From positions 85,851,777 to 85,915,776 of the forward strand of contig NC_068984.1 in the NCBI RefSeq assembly GCF_001194135.2: a stretch of DNA of 64,000 nucleotides. The letters are read 5' to 3'. The stretch comes from Octopus bimaculoides (taxonomy: Eukaryota). The notes below the pieces were generated by a model that saw nothing but the letters and a program-made list of their open reading frames with translations, ran no database searches and had not been told where the DNA came from. Both the position numbers and the translations under genes were made by a program. This document shows positions 13,615 to 28,809 of the stretch, piece after piece; the first letter of the stretch is position 1, and each line of letters starts with the position of its first letter.

Positions 13615-14030
13615 ATCATTATCATCATTTAACATCCATTGTCCATACTGGTATGGGTTGGATGGTTTGACCTGAGCTGGCAAGCTGAATAACCGCATCA
13701 GGCTCCAGTCTGATTTGGCATGGTTTCTACAGTTGGATGCCCTTCCTAATGCCAACCACTTTACAGAGTGTGCTGGGTGTCTTTATGTGGCACCACACAA
13801 GTACATTTATATGGCAATGGCAGGAATGCTTTTTACATGGCACCAGCACAGGACTCTTGCAGGTCAATCCTCTTTGCCAAGGGGAGTGGCCTTAACATTT
13901 CTGGCGAGGAGTACAGATCTTGAGTACAGCAAGGCGCCAGGCATCTCGGCTCTTTGTCATCTCATCTGAAAGGTTCAGCATCCTGAGATCATCCTTCAGT
14001 ACTTTGTCCCACTTACAAAGAGTACTGGGT
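13615..14030 (-). mobile_element. 5'-truncated RTE-clade LINE end (ORF C-terminus plus 3'UTR plus GAT tail)
   Basis: Minus frame KWDKVLKDDLRMLNLSDEMTKSRDAWRLAVL parallels the RTE C-terminus at 50030-50130, followed by the common tail. Confidence 0.8.
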
Positions 14031-14032
14031 GC

Positions 14033-14070
<38 letters not shown>

Positions 14071-15153
14071 TATACACACACACACATATATATACATATA
14101 TATGATTTGTTAAAACCATGTTGTAAAAACCATGGAAAACAGACACAGAAGCCTGGTGTAGTCTTCTACCTAGCTGGCTCCTGTCAAGCCAGCATGAAAG
14201 GTGGACATTAAACGATGATGATGATATATAGTGCATATAGAAGATAAAAGATCAGAAATGATTAACTACTGGTAATATATATAAACCAGTAGTACTGGTT
14301 TCATGGTCAAGGCTATCACCAGTTAAACTGGCAATACTACTCTGGGCTTACTTGGATGTTTGGAGGGTGAATGGCCACTCTAAAAGGTCAAAATACAAGA
14401 GGACATGAAGGAGTCAATGGCCATCCATTCATCAAACATATAAATGGAACAAAACTCCGACTCTTTGAGTTTTTTCATTCTCTTTCTCAGATGTAATTAG
14501 CCTTACCTTTCTTCTGAACCAGGAAAAGTCATACGAGAAAACCCCTTGATAAGTTCAACAATTTAGCAAGGGCCTTTCTTTATCATACAAATACAATAAA
14601 TATATACTGTATATATGTATCCATATATAGAGCATAGTTTATGTTCATAGGGATATGTATTCTAATATTAGAATATAAAACAACAATGCAATTTAGTCAC
14701 TGAAAATAAACACACTTAACAACCATAGAGTGGTGCAAAAATAGGAAGGTTAAGTTGGGAATCAACATTCAGTTAACAATATCCTTTTATCTACCACAAT
14801 AAAGAAGGGAAGAGAAAGAATGTATGCATTTGGTAGTATAATGTGGGAGAAATAGCACTGAATACATGTAGATTTCATTTATATACATAAGCATATATAA
14901 TCCACTGCCACAAGGTTAAGCCTAATCAACTTGTAAAGAATGTTCTGGAGAATAAAATTGAAACTGCTGTATTGGCAGACTGTGAATTAGTTATATAGAA
15001 GCTCTGTCATTATTTTGGTCTCTTGTAAACAGTCAACCATGAGACAGAAATAATACACATGACATTACATGGAACTAATGTACATAACATTCAATCACAC
15101 ACACACACAGAGCATGATACACACAGCACAATTCACACATGAATGCATAGAAT

Positions 15154-15201
<48 letters not shown>

Positions 15202-16431
15202 GCGCACACACACGCACACACACACACACACACACAGTATCAATGTTACATCTTCCATTGATATCAATGGCAGATGTGGTATTCATGCTTTTTCATCAAA
15301 CATTAACATGTTTTTTTGTGATTGTAATCACAGGTGACACAATGACACATTTGGTAAGGCTTTCAAAACTGATGGGAGCAATGGCTAGGCCAGTAACAAT
15401 CAGGAATGGCAATGAGTAGGCACATCACAATGATAGCTCAGGTGTTGAGAAAAGGTAGAGTAAATATGGTTGGTATACACCTTATAAATACAAATATGAA
15501 AATTTATATGGAAACCAAACATTGAGAAAAAGGAATGACTAAATAAAAAAAAAAAGATTAAAAACAATTAAAATGTAAAAAAATTGGTTTGTTGTGGGGA
15601 AGAAATGAAGCTTAATATTTTATGCAGGAACCCTCGTTAGTGAGAGAGAGAGAAAAATTAATTTTAAAAAAAACAAGTGTTGCTGAGACACTCACCATTG
15701 ATGTCATAAGCATTACAGCTGTGTGACTCTTCATGCTGGTGAACATCTGGTGTTTGTGGAATATTCAACTTGGAGCGAACAGGGAGAATGTAATGTCCAG
15801 ATATAGGTAGGTTTACCTCAATGGTGACCATTGTGTTAGTGGTGGAAGACCAGAGTAGTACAGACACAGATGGATAGAGAGTGGATGTACAAAGTTAGAC
15901 AATGAGTGTACAAAACATACCACCCACTTGATTTTCAGTGAAACACATCAGAAAGGGATGAATGAGATCTCATTAGGAGTACACGTGTGTGTGTCCATAA
16001 GAGTGTAGCAGAAACAAGCACCTCTCTCTCTCTCTCCACAAAATGCATTGGAAAGTAAAATAACAAAGAGAGATTAATGAAGGAATTCACTCTGGGAGAT
16101 CAACAGGAAAAAGACTATTTGGGTCTCTGAAGACCCAACTGAAACCTGCAATAGTTTTCAGGAGTTCAAAGTTCCAGGCAGCAGGTGGGAGGAAGGCAGG
16201 TAAGTGATAAGGGCGGCGATTGTAGTGGAAGAGCTGCAGAGACACTTCGTTATTTTATCAAATTATGTTAGCTCCAGATTAATGTATTGCCAAGTGTAGG
16301 GATAATCACTGGAAGTGGTGGTGGTGGTGATGATAATGATTGTTATGAGGATGTGGTGGTGAGAGTAGTGTTGATGCAGATGGTACGTGCTGGAGGAGAT
16401 GAGGATGGTGGAGGAGACAGTTATGATAATG

Positions 16432-16464
<33 letters not shown>

Positions 16465-19042
16465 GTTGTGATGGTTATAATGATGATAGTGGTGGTGTTT
16501 AGTTCCACATCAATCCTGATCAAGCAGATCTATGCAGTGACCCTCCTATCTTCTCCAGCTCTGACCATTCTGTCTTTTTATATTTCATGGACTACATTGT
16601 CCAATGTGTCCTTTCTGTGTTTTTATAACAGTAGGAGTAAGATTTAAGGGAGACTGTTAGTAAAAGAACCAAAGGTGTTGCTATTAATAGTGATGGTAAT
16701 GTCGGTGTGGCTGTTGAGGGTTAGGAATAATACTAGTAGTAGGATGGTAGAGTCAGAGATAATACCAGATATAGCCATGGTAGTAGTCATGGAATGGATG
16801 ACTAATCAGCTAAATGATAATGATGGATTAAGAGATGCCAGATAGTCCACAACTTAATCCATTTACATATTATAGATACACACCACAAGGTGAGGAAGTT
16901 GTAAACAACGCATATTCATAATGTGTTGAAAGAATAATATTAAGGGTGGCACTCCAGCTTGGCCTTAACCAAGCTGGTTAAAAATTTGTAGAAAGCTAAT
17001 TATGTTGCAGTTGTGGTTTAACTTCACTTCAGTCTTCCATTGACAGACCTACCAATCAAAGATCTTCCAGCTGTCACCATCCCATCAGATATAGTAGTGC
17101 ACCAAGGACTATATTATGTAATTCGGGTCAGATTAGGTTGTTATTTCTAGCAGGTTGAGTGGAGCGTATAGAGGCTCCTTCAGTGGCTTGGAAATAACTT
17201 TACTTTTGATATCATGCTAGCTCTGACCAAACAGACATATGATCAAAATTGCTCCAACCATGACCATCCCATTTTTTTTTTCAAACAAAGTATACCTAGG
17301 ACTACATTTTCAGTGTCAGAGTCCCATTTTTAAGAATGAGAAGATGTGATCAGAGGGAGATTTGGCTGTTACTTTTAAAGGCTTAGAAGACTTCATCACT
17401 GCCTTAGAACTAATTGTTAAAAAATTGGGAGAGAAAATAGTGATTAATTTGTTTCACCATATCTTATGAACCACGCACACTACTACTACTACTACTATTA
17501 CTATTTGTCAATACTTCAAGTATTTACTAAGTCAGTCAAACCTAGTCCTAGTTTCTTACATATTCTCACGTAACCTGTTGCTTTCTTTGTTTGAGCTGTA
17601 TCTTTTTATATTTTTCAGACCTATTGTTTTGTTTTTAGAATGCATATCATTTTCACCTGCATTCACTCATACCCACCTACATGCATTCACTCATACCCAC
17701 CTACACAAACAAGGCCAAACTCACAGTGTGTAGGCGATATGGATGAGTGAAAAAAAAATATTTGACATACAGCCTATATTAAGAAATCAAGGATTCAAAT
17801 AGATACAAGCATAGAGGTGTGACTAAAAAGGTTTGCTTTGCAATTACATGGATCCAGGCTCAATCCTTCACTGCAACACCTCTAACAGATGCTTTCTATC
17901 ATAAACTCAAATCAAACCAAGCCTTGTGAGTGAAAGTGAGTAGATGGAAACTATGAAGAAGCCCACTGAATATATTTCAATAGTAGACTTAATCCAACAT
18001 CTGCTTTGAAACAACTGCTTGGACCTAGGGTACCTTTAGTGGGACCCATACAGTTACAAGTTTTCAGATCAGATCTCTGATCTAAACATGACCCATGAGA
18101 GTTTTATCGTCTCTTTCTCTGCTACTAGTCATGGAAACTTTGCAAAAGGTTATAGGCATTGTTCTTACTACTCTAATTCACCATTACTTAACATCCATTT
18201 TTCCATACTTGCATACTGAGGTGGATTTTCTACAGCCAGATGTTCTTTCTGTTACCAACTTTAATATGTTTCTAGGCAAAGTAATATTTCCTAATGACCA
18301 AACATGCCTCAGAAGAGAAGAAATGAAGGATCCTACTTACAGGGTGGTGACACTCACCTACAACTATTACACAATGTCAAGACAAGGAGACAGTAACAAG
18401 CAAATACATACAACAGGCTTCTTTCAGTTTCTGTCAACCACATCCACTTAAAAGGCTTCAGTCAGCTTAGGGCTATAGTAGAAGACATTTGCCCAAGGTG
18501 CCATGAAGTAGGACTGAACCTAAAATCATATGGTTGGGAAGCAAACTTCTTACCATGCAAGCAAAGATGCACCTTATTAAGCCATAAGGTTTTGTTTTCA
18601 AATCTGTTACAGGTATTTTATGGTGTTTCTAAGTAGAACACTATCTTCTGCATTGCCACAGTTCACTTAGCTGTCAAGTAGGAATAGGTAGGAGATCATA
18701 TAGGAATCTTATCTGCAAGAGTCCTATTCAGTTTGTGTCATGAAACTAGAACTAAGTATTAACCAACAAAAGTACTTTGCAAGCATTTACAAATAAAAGT
18801 ATAAGAATATTCATGCTTATACATGCACACACACATACTTGTACATATATAAGCCTTGTGAGAGGATTTTGGTAGACATGCACACATGTCAGCATGAGCT
18901 GACTCTTTGTCTTGAGATCACATGACTGTTGTAAACAAGTGTCACCATCATATAAGTGATGTCTTCATTTTTAATGTGAAAAAAACATTGTCCAGCTACA
19001 GGAAAATATTACCTCATTTAGAAATAGGTTAAAATATAAACT

Positions 19043-19134
<92 letters not shown>

Positions 19135-20911
19135 TCTAAACTTCCCCAAGTAAATACACTTTGCTTCAAGATTATTTCTTTTTATATTTCTTGTGATGTT
19201 AGATAAGAAGTGAAAGATTCTTTTCTTTCAAGCATTGTCTTTCTTTTTTTTAATGATATTCATGGCTCCAATTATAATTATCACAACTATTGTTTTGTAG
19301 CTTAAGAAGTACACTTTGTAACAATACTAATTTCTGAAAAATGAATCAAAGGCAGACAAGATATTTTGCTATAATTTCAATGACATTTACCTAAGTTGTG
19401 TAAAAGTAGTGGTAAGTATCACTTGAAATCTTTCGTGGACACAATCCTCTCCTAATAAACATTTTAATCACACGCACACACACAATAATAAAGATATGAT
19501 GGAAGTATTATTGCTTATAGCTGGGAGGTATAATACTTCAAACCTGTGTTCTCTATACTATTTTCTTTGTTTTCATACTTGTGAAATTACATACAGCTAA
19601 TATACAATCTCACACGGCTACAACACAATCAAACATACAAGCAAACACGCAGTCAAATGTATATATATATACACACACACACACACTTAGATACTTCTCA
19701 TGACTGTCAAAACACTAGCAGGCAACAACAAAATTATGCAACAAAACTATTATCCAGCCTAGGTGACAAGACACAGTAGTCAAAAACAAAAAGACAAGAT
19801 AATTTATAGTTTTTTTTTTTCTTTTTTTCTTTTTTTTCCCCCAGCACTGATCAGCTCAAATCAAGTAGACTATAACTCAAAGCCACTTTAGATGTGACTA
19901 TCCTAGCTTTTATTTTCTGATACAGTGACACTCAGGAACATTAAGGCATTGTATTCTGTGCTACATCATCAATCAACATCCATGTTCCATGCAGACATGG
20001 GTTGGATGGTTTGACAGGATCCAATAGGTCCAAAAAACTTAATCATACTCCACTGTATTCTTTGGTATGTTTTCATTTAGATACACATTGTGCTTTCAGA
20101 ATTAGTTTTGTCAAGATGGGCAAGTCTTTTTGAGAAATGCATATCTCTAATCATCCTTGTTCTTCGTCATCTCCTGAATGATGTGGTTTGAGGTCCTGAG
20201 ATTAGACCCCTGAACCTCATCAAAGTGGATTTAATTTATTTCTTTAAGGATTGACAACAACAGACTGTTCAGACAAGTGCTTATAGACAGCTGTTTCTTA
20301 CTTAAAAGAGCTGTGAACTTAAATTATTTGTCATAATATATTATCAATAACATATTAACACAAACTGAAAACTGGTTATGTTTTCAAATATTCTTTTCAT
20401 ACACTTGTGTAGGCAGAAAGAGGTTTTTAAATATCAGAATGATCTTTAATTGCTTTGTCAGGCAGGACATCAGTACCCAACCCTCACAACCACGGATTAA
20501 ATCTAACATTTAAATACACCTATCTAGTATATCTGGATCACGATTAACAGAATAATTTATATGGTATCTTGATTATGATCAGGAGACTAAATTGCCCCCC
20601 CCCAAACACCATATGGACCCTGGCTGAGAATCATAGCTCTAGAGTATATCTTGATCCTTTCCCATAGAATGGTTTCAGTTATACACATAGACCCTATCTT
20701 ATAAAACAATCACTATAATACACCTTAATCTTATTCCTTAGACTTTGTAATACATCTTAATCTTAACCAACAAAACAGCTTAAATAATACATTTCAATCC
20801 TATTCCATAACCAAGTCTCTATAGGATGCCTTGATCTTATGCAACAGAACAACTTTATAGCACATCTTGACAGATAAGCCACTATAATGCATCCTGATCA
20901 TATCCATATCT

Positions 20912-21183
20912 AGGGAATGTGTATATCTTACCAGGGAATGAGTATATCTTACCAGGGAATGTGTATATCTTACCAGGGAATGTGTATATCTTACCAGGGA
21001 ATGTGTATATCTTACCAGGGAATGTGTATATCTTACCAGGGAATGTGTATATCTTACCAGGGAATGTGTATATCTCACCAGGGAATGTGTATATCTTACC
21101 AGGGAATGTGTATATCTTACCAGGGAATGTGTATATCTTACCAGGGAATGTGTATATCTTACCAGGGAATGTGTATATCTTAC
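20912..21183. repeat. 21-bp minisatellite (AGGGAATGTGTATATCTTACC) x about 13
   Basis: Nearly perfect tandem copies with two single-base variants; source of three spurious repeat ORFs. Confidence 0.98.
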
Positions 21184-22445
21184 TTTAATTCACTGACAAG
21201 AAAGTCCAGCTGGGAGCTGGTAAAGATTTGTATCCAGAGTAAATAGGTTAAAAACAAGAGCACCATAACCTCATAACACAATGAACCTTCTCAGCAAGTA
21301 CTAAATACACACTGACACAAATCAGTGACTGACTGACAATGCACACTAGTAACACTAAGTAACAGCTGGTACAATTGCAGTAGCACTGAGGTGAACATAA
21401 AAGAAATCGCAAAGCAACAAGTTGTGTACTAGATATTCATACATACATTTTATCTTTCTGATCTGCACACAGCTGCATTCGTTCCATCTCTCCAACACCT
21501 ATACACAATCAAATGCATTTGCATATTCATTCTTCCTCTTCTCCAACCTTTTACAAACATATAGACAAATGTATATACACACACAATACATGCATGTATA
21601 CGATATGCTGAACATTTTTACCAATGCAAATTCAACAGATACATACACATAAAAATGTGTGTGCACACACATATACACACAATGTAATTCTTAAGCAGGA
21701 CAGTTAGAATATGCAAATCTCTTCTAAAGTTCAAGATTGCAGAGTTAATATTGTTATTGTTGTTACTGCGTTGCTAGAATTCTAACAAAGAAACTCTGTT
21801 TCTTTTGCAAAAGCTGACTTTTGTCTAGGTGGTGGCATATCTGCATTCCTACATACATACATAGAATATAGATATTTGTAACTCAGTATTAAAGCTTTAA
21901 AAAAACATTTTTCACTCTCTCAGAAAAATGGTTTGTAAAACCACAGCATTTTCTTCTTCCCCACATCATCAAACTGATCCAAATTTACCAACATCACTAC
22001 AATACTTTTTGCCAACAGAGACCACCACTAATTTCTGTTAATTGTTTTGGTTTTTGCATCTTTGTCAGGAAGAAAGGGCTAACTCATTACAGGGCTTTTT
22101 ACACTGCTTAAAGTAAGAGTTACCTAGATGCTCAGCTAAATGTAGAAGGAATTCAACAAAAGACACTCAAGGACCAAATGGTGTTTGTTAAACTGGGCAA
22201 CAGATTGTCTATCACCCATGTCAAGATTTGAACTCAGCAAGCAAAGAGCCACAATATAAACCACAAAGTGTCCCATCTGATGTTCTAATATTTTCATCAG
22301 TTCATCACTCAAGCCTAGTACTTTGACCTGGAAGAATGACAGGCAAAATTCATTTTGGCAGGATTTTAACTCAGATCACACAGTGCAGTAATAAATACCA
22401 CAAAATATTTTATCTGATGCACTAATGACATCACCAAGTCACCAT

Positions 22446-22485
<40 letters not shown>

Positions 22486-23019
22486 AGCTAAATCAAACAA
22501 AATCTATCCAATAAAGATAAGTTCTAGGCCATACTCATTTGTTTAATCTCAGGTCAACCATGACTCAGTAAATATTTGTTAAAAGATATTCCAGTCATGC
22601 TCGTACAGCTTTTTCTTTTATTCATTAATATTTTATTACACATTTCTCCAGTGAAGATTTGGTCATTATTTCAAGCAAGTTGAGCAACTACAAACAAATT
22701 CTCTCATTGGTTCAATCCATTCTTGTAGTTACATGAATTGCTAACTGTCACAGTCTTCTACTGGCTTTAGAAAGGTAATCACATTTTTATACCAGTACAC
22801 AACAGACAATGGAAATACAATAGCCAAAGATGCAGTATAAATTAGATTTGTTTACTTCTGTGCCACAAGTCTAATCATGCAGAGTTGAGGTGCACTAATT
22901 AACATCTTTGTTATCTATGACCAAATGCTCAGAATACTGAGCTTTGAAATATTTTGGTGGAAAATAAAATGAAAGACAATTTTAAAGAGATTTATTTATG
23001 GTTTTAAAAGGGAATTCAT

Positions 23020-24270
23020 TCATCATCATCATTTAATGTCTGTCTTCCAAGCTGGCATGGGCTGGATGGTTTAACAGGAGCTGACCAGGCAGGAGCCTGC
23101 ACCAGGTTTCTGTGTCTGTTTTTGGCAGGGTTTTTACAGTTGGATGCCCTTCCTAACACCAACCATCCTGTAGAGTGGACTGAGTGCTTTTTACGTGGCA
23201 CAAGCACAGACGAAGTCAGTTTGACATGATTTTAACAGCTGGATGCCCTTCTAAATGCCAACCCCTTCAGTGTGGATGGGATGTTTTTTTCATGGCACCA
23301 GCACCGGCAGGGTAACCAAGTAACTTGTAAGACAAGGAATTTTGAGAAGGGAGGAGGTGTTCTTGAGTCAGATGATGAAGGATTAGAGCGTCACAGAGAC
23401 AGAAACAGGTACCTTGCTATAGAGGAGGTACACGTTTACCCAACCAAGAGAGGGAAAGAGCCTGCAGCCATGCTGGGGCACTGCCTTGAAGAATTTTTAG
23501 TTGAATGAATCAATCCCAATACTTTTTTTTTTTTTAAGCCAGGTACTTATTCTACCGGTCTCTGAACTGCTAAGTTACAAGGATGTAAACACACCAGTTG
23601 TAAAACAAGTAGCAGGGGACAAACAGAGACACGCACATCAAACAAACACAGTCATCATCATCATCATCATTTAATATCCGTCTTCTATGCTGACATAAAC
23701 TGAACAGTTTGACAGGAGCTGGCCAGGCAGGAGCCTGCAGCAGGCTTTTGAGTTTGTTTTGGAAGGGTTTTTACAGCTGAATGCCCTTCCTAACACCAAC
23801 CACCAAGCAGAATGAATTGAATGCTTTTTACATGGCATAAGCACAGATGAGGTCAGTTTGACATAGTTTTTACAGCTGGATGCCCTTCCAAATGCCAACC
23901 AGTTTAAAGTGTGGACTGGATGTTTTTTTAAGTGGCACCAGCTCTGGCAGGGTCACCATGTAACTTGTAAGACAAAGATCCTTTGAGAAGGGAGGAGGCA
24001 TTGGAGGAGGGGATCTTGTGACAGATGAAAGGTTATAGTGAAACAGGGAGATAGAAACAGGTATCTTACTGTAGGGGAGGTACATGGTTACCCGGCCAGA
24101 GAGAGAGAAATGAGGACAGAAATAGGTGTGCTACTGTAAAGGAGACACATGGTTACCCAACCTGAAGGAAGAGCAAAAGATATTTGCCCAAGGTGCATGC
24201 AGTGGGACTGAACCTGGAACCATGTAATTGGAAAGCAAGCTTCTTACCACACAACCATGCCTGTGCCTAT
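23020..24270 (-). mobile_element. Nested cluster: two RTE-tail elements and a family A SINE split by the second one
   Basis: RTE-tail copies at about 23020-23460 and 23650-24170; SINE 3' half at 23465-23625 and SINE head at 24178-24270. Confidence 0.75.
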
Positions 24271-27200
24271 ACATATTTATTTTCATCATGTTGCATCAGA
24301 ATAACAAAAGCAAATGCGATATGGTGTGCATATTTACTTATAAAATAAATATATCAGAAGTATATTGTAGGGATATGATATCAAAGATATAAGTGAATTT
24401 TCATTATTTAACAGTTTTCTTCCTTTCTTTTAATACAAATATGAACAAATCAAACAATTGAAAAACTGAATTTTATGTTGGTATTATGAAGTGAAAGAGT
24501 GAAGGTACAGAGAAATAAGCTACTGCTTGAGTCAATCAAAATTCAACTGGTTTTGTATTGAAAGAAGAAGAAAAACATTTTAAAATGAGAGAATTTAAAG
24601 AATGAAGTATTTGATAAACTATTTATGCCTTCAATATTGTATTTCTTTCACAAAAGACTTATTATTATTTTGTAAGTAAATACATTCACTATATCTTGTG
24701 TGCCTTTGTTATTTTGATACAACATTATAAAAAACAGATGTTATGGTTCTCTAATAAACACCATTTTAAAACAGTTGAGTAAATGTTTTTGAGACTATTT
24801 TACCTCTTATTTTTTTCCTAAAATAGTTTACTGATGTAGTATGTTTTTCAAATAAACTCCGTTTTAAAGTACAATTTTTCTTATAAGTAGTTATTCCGAC
24901 ACATCATAATAAAGAGGAAATACATCACAATAGGATTCTTGAATGAAGTCCCTTTTAAAACTTAATAAATATTTAAGGCTGATTTTCATGTTTTCTCCCA
25001 AAATATTAAAAAATTCAGTTTTCCGAGAATTTGATCTTTCAAGCTCTCAGAATTCTGATTTTTTAGATCATTTGAATTCAACATTCTTACATTTGGTCGT
25101 CTTCATTCAGTCTCATACCCCAAACCCCAAAAATTCTCAATCTCAATAAAAGATAATGCATGAATATATTATATAGATATCAAGCAGATGATAACATAAG
25201 TACATTCAAAAACTGCAACAATTATACTTTGGGTTCACCCACTTTTATGAGAAGCAGGAAACAGTCAACCAATACCCAGCCAAGAGAGAGAGAGTGGGGG
25301 GGGGGGGAGAAATGCTAGGATATGGCTTAGATGCAACAACAAATTTCAGCTGAGTGAAATTCATAGTGGAATATGAATGAGTGAAATTTGACAGGCAATG
25401 CAAATTATGTGGAAGTCTATAAGAAACCAATCCTGTTCATGTATAGTAGACATAATCCCTCATCAGGTTTAATAACACCACCTGACCCTTGAGTGTCTTT
25501 AACAGAGTCTGCTCTGTTGCATGCATTCAAATCAGTTCTTCATTTGTAGGATAAGTTCCTCCCACCAATTTCAATTTCAGAGGCCCCTCTTCCTCTGACT
25601 TATCAATAAAAGTGGGTAGGGAGAGCAGACGTTAAATGATGATAATGAACAAAAACAAAAGAAAGAGACCACCTCCCTCTGAAGCATTATTTCATAATGA
25701 AAATGTCAAAGACAGTTTAACACAACTTCCTCACTATGCATAACCAACATACAACTAAATTCCTCAACATTACTACAAGAACCCCCCCCCCCAACAAAGT
25801 AGGCATCACAATCTGATCTCCTTTCATGTCAATCTCACATACATAACATTCTTTGAAACTACCTCCTGAAGACAAGGCTTTAGGGTTGAAACATTCAGCT
25901 CAGGTTAGTTGCTGATCCTTTACAAAGCTCTAGTGCAACTCTTAGTCGAGTACTCATTAACCACTTGCATGAAACACTGATGCTGTCGCTACAAACACAC
26001 AACAATCATCACAGATCACATCCTCCAAAGCAACCATGCTGCTGACTGGCAATGATTTACTCACCAACACATTGCAACCACTGACTCTCAAACGGCCTCT
26101 ATTACTTTTTAGTCTCTTCTAATGCTATTACAATAACGCTTTTTTGACTTGATTTTTTTTTTTTTTTTTTTATGAACCATCTCCACCTTGGCAACTACCA
26201 AACCTCCTCTTGCCATTTTCCCCCACATCTTATTCTACAAAAATCACTTTGTTTAATACAAACACCCAAAAACTACAAACTGCTAATACTCCCACTCATC
26301 TCATATACTTCCTACAGTTATCAACCTCAAGAAATCCAAGAGGAACACCAATGACATCAACCTCACAACAGTCCGAGAGGGCCTATAAAGGAAATAGGAA
26401 TTGGCTCCTCCCACCACTAAATAAAACATAAAAACACTCCTGACAAGGACAATCCTGAAAATAAACACATAAGTGTTCAGTGTAAGTAAACATGCTAATC
26501 AGTTTCATACTATACATTCCCCTGAAAATTGTTAGCCACTGATACTATGCTATAAACTGAAGCAGCAAAATCATTATTTCAATGACATTAAGATTTGTGG
26601 TTATTCACCAACAATGATATAACTTAAAAGTTAACTTATTTTTGCCTTACTAGTACCTCTTCAATAACTGCATTTGGAGAAGTCCCTGAGAAAATTAACA
26701 ATTTATTTACCAAGAATATGACAGTGAATCCAAGATCTAGTTCTGTAATGCATGATTACAATAATAGTTATAAACTTAGTCTGTAATGAATCTTTCAGTT
26801 TGTAAAGTGACTAATGATATTTTTGCTATATGTTGTAACAATTAACTTTCTGCAAATGACAGCTAGAATGCATTTGATCATACATCTCATCAATCAGGAC
26901 TGACCTAGGGCTAAACAACAACTACCGCCACAACCACCACCACCACATCACCATCCTCAAACTATCTCAGCTCACACACAACCTCGACTACCTCAACTCA
27001 TCACACTCAACTAACCACCACCACCACCACAATAAACATAAAAATACTGGTTTAGCAGGTTTATATATGACATACAACAGAATATTTTTATCACAATAAA
27101 CAGCAGAGACTGACTTCTGTATCACAAATTTTCTTGCCAATGATTTCACACTTCATTCAACCTGTAACTGTACCTTAGAAACCCATTGTAATTCTGACTA

Positions 27201-28586
27201 ACTTCACTGAAATGTAGGTCAGATTCTTCACAGCTTCTTTGATAAAATGTTTAATTTATTCATTTAATGTAATTGCAGTTAATTAAGTCTCCTCTCTCTT
27301 AGATGCTTGCTCATCAAAAAGGACAACTCTAATGAGACGAGTGTGTGGTTCATACCCATGAACCAAACACTTGTCTACATTCAAGAGAGGACAGCTGCAT
27401 TGTTTGAAGTATGAACAGCAATATATAAAGCTATATGTACAGTTATATATAAAGCAAGATCTGAAAACACCAACAAAAAGCTTATAACAAAGTCACTTGA
27501 TCAAAAACTTCTATGATTGCATTAAAAGAATCATATCTCCTTCTATTAACACACTGGCACAAATGTTTGGCCTAGCTGAATTGATAGAGTAGTAGATTAC
27601 CAGACTAAGGATTCACAATTCATATCCAGTTACTGGTAATTAATTGTCAAAGGCCCAGTCCACCTAGTTGGAAATGAGAACCATGGGTTTGACTATCATC
27701 GGCAGGATTACTGAACAACTGTCTTCTGCAGTGCTGAAAATGAATGGCTGACCTTGCCTCAAATATAGCAGCTTATTGAGTTGTACAAGTATCTATTCAC
27801 ACTTCTATAAGCCCGTTTCTTTAAAGAAGAGAGGTAGAGATTTGTAAAGGGACCCAAAACAGGCTTTATAATATTTAGTTTAGTATCTCAAACATTGTGG
27901 TTCAATTCCACTGAAAGTTGACTGTGTTTCATTCTTTCTAAAAAATAAGGATATCAACCAAATAAGGAGAGAAGTTGGGCAATCAACTGCAGCTCATTCT
28001 TCATAAAAAAAAAGTGCATCAGAAAGTCACTCAACAGAGATCATTATTCAGATTGATTAGTTGAAGTAAGCAGGTTGCAACCAGAGCATCGCATGCCAAG
28101 GATTGAACTCACTTTTGGACAAGTTTAACCTTCACACAAAAAAAAAACCCACTAAAATTTATAATTTTATAGATCTTCATTTCAGTTATAAAAAATATAT
28201 ATAGTTTTGTAGGTGTGCAAACCTGTTCGTATTTGCTTACATCGATGTGCATATGAAGGTGCATGTGTGTTTGTGCAAATATATGTATGTCTATCTACTA
28301 TATGTATGCATTTCTATGCACATCTATATCTATATATATTTGTATTATTGTATGTGCATGTATAAATACACACACGTTTCTGTATCTTTGCATATGTATG
28401 TGTTTCTATGTTCGTGTGTAGATAGAAAGACCAACAATACACATATGCACAGAAAGGGTGTTTAAATCTAAATTTGAACCTTTATTTACTCATAACACAC
28501 ACTTTCCTATTATGTTACTTGTGCAACAAGAGTGTAATGAATTATATCAGTTCATATTCAACACCTCTTACTATCGCCTATCTCTT

Positions 28587-28809
28587 ATTTCTTTATTGCC
28601 CACAAGGGGCTAAACAGAGGGGACAAACAAGGACAGGCAGAGGGATTAAGTCGATTACATCGACCCCAGTGCGTAACTGGTACTTAATTTATCAACCCCG
28701 AAAGGATGAAAGGCAAAGTCGACCTCGGCGGAATTTGAACTCAGAACGTAACGGCAGACGAAATACCGCTAAGTATTTTGCCCGGCGTGCTAACGATTCT
28801 GCCAGCTCG
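28587..28809 (-). mobile_element. Young SINE, family B (cgagctggcagaatcgttagc head), with a perfect 13-bp TSD
   Basis: TCGCCTATCTCTT at 28574-28586 and 28810-28822; many intact CpGs; B-box-like gagttcaaattcc. Confidence 0.92.

Noticed and set aside
15664-15867. Minus-strand ORF with a G|GTGAGT donor at about 15696, as an extra PI4KB exon
   Set aside because: No PI4KB similarity, no clear acceptor, and the flanking exons already join in frame without it.
17658-17705. 24-bp direct duplication (another at 29361-29402)
   Set aside because: Ordinary slippage duplications with no sign of function.
20800-21246. Heptad-repeat ORFs (MCISYQG)n, (VYILPGN)n, (RYTHSLV)n; also considered as a CRISPR-like array
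   Set aside because: A pure 21-bp tandem repeat with no unique spacers, no splice context and no cas genes; eukaryotic intron.
27338-27372. 13-bp stem hairpin gtgtgtggttcat-accc-atgaaccaaacac
   Set aside because: Too short for a pre-miRNA and plausible by chance in 64 kb.
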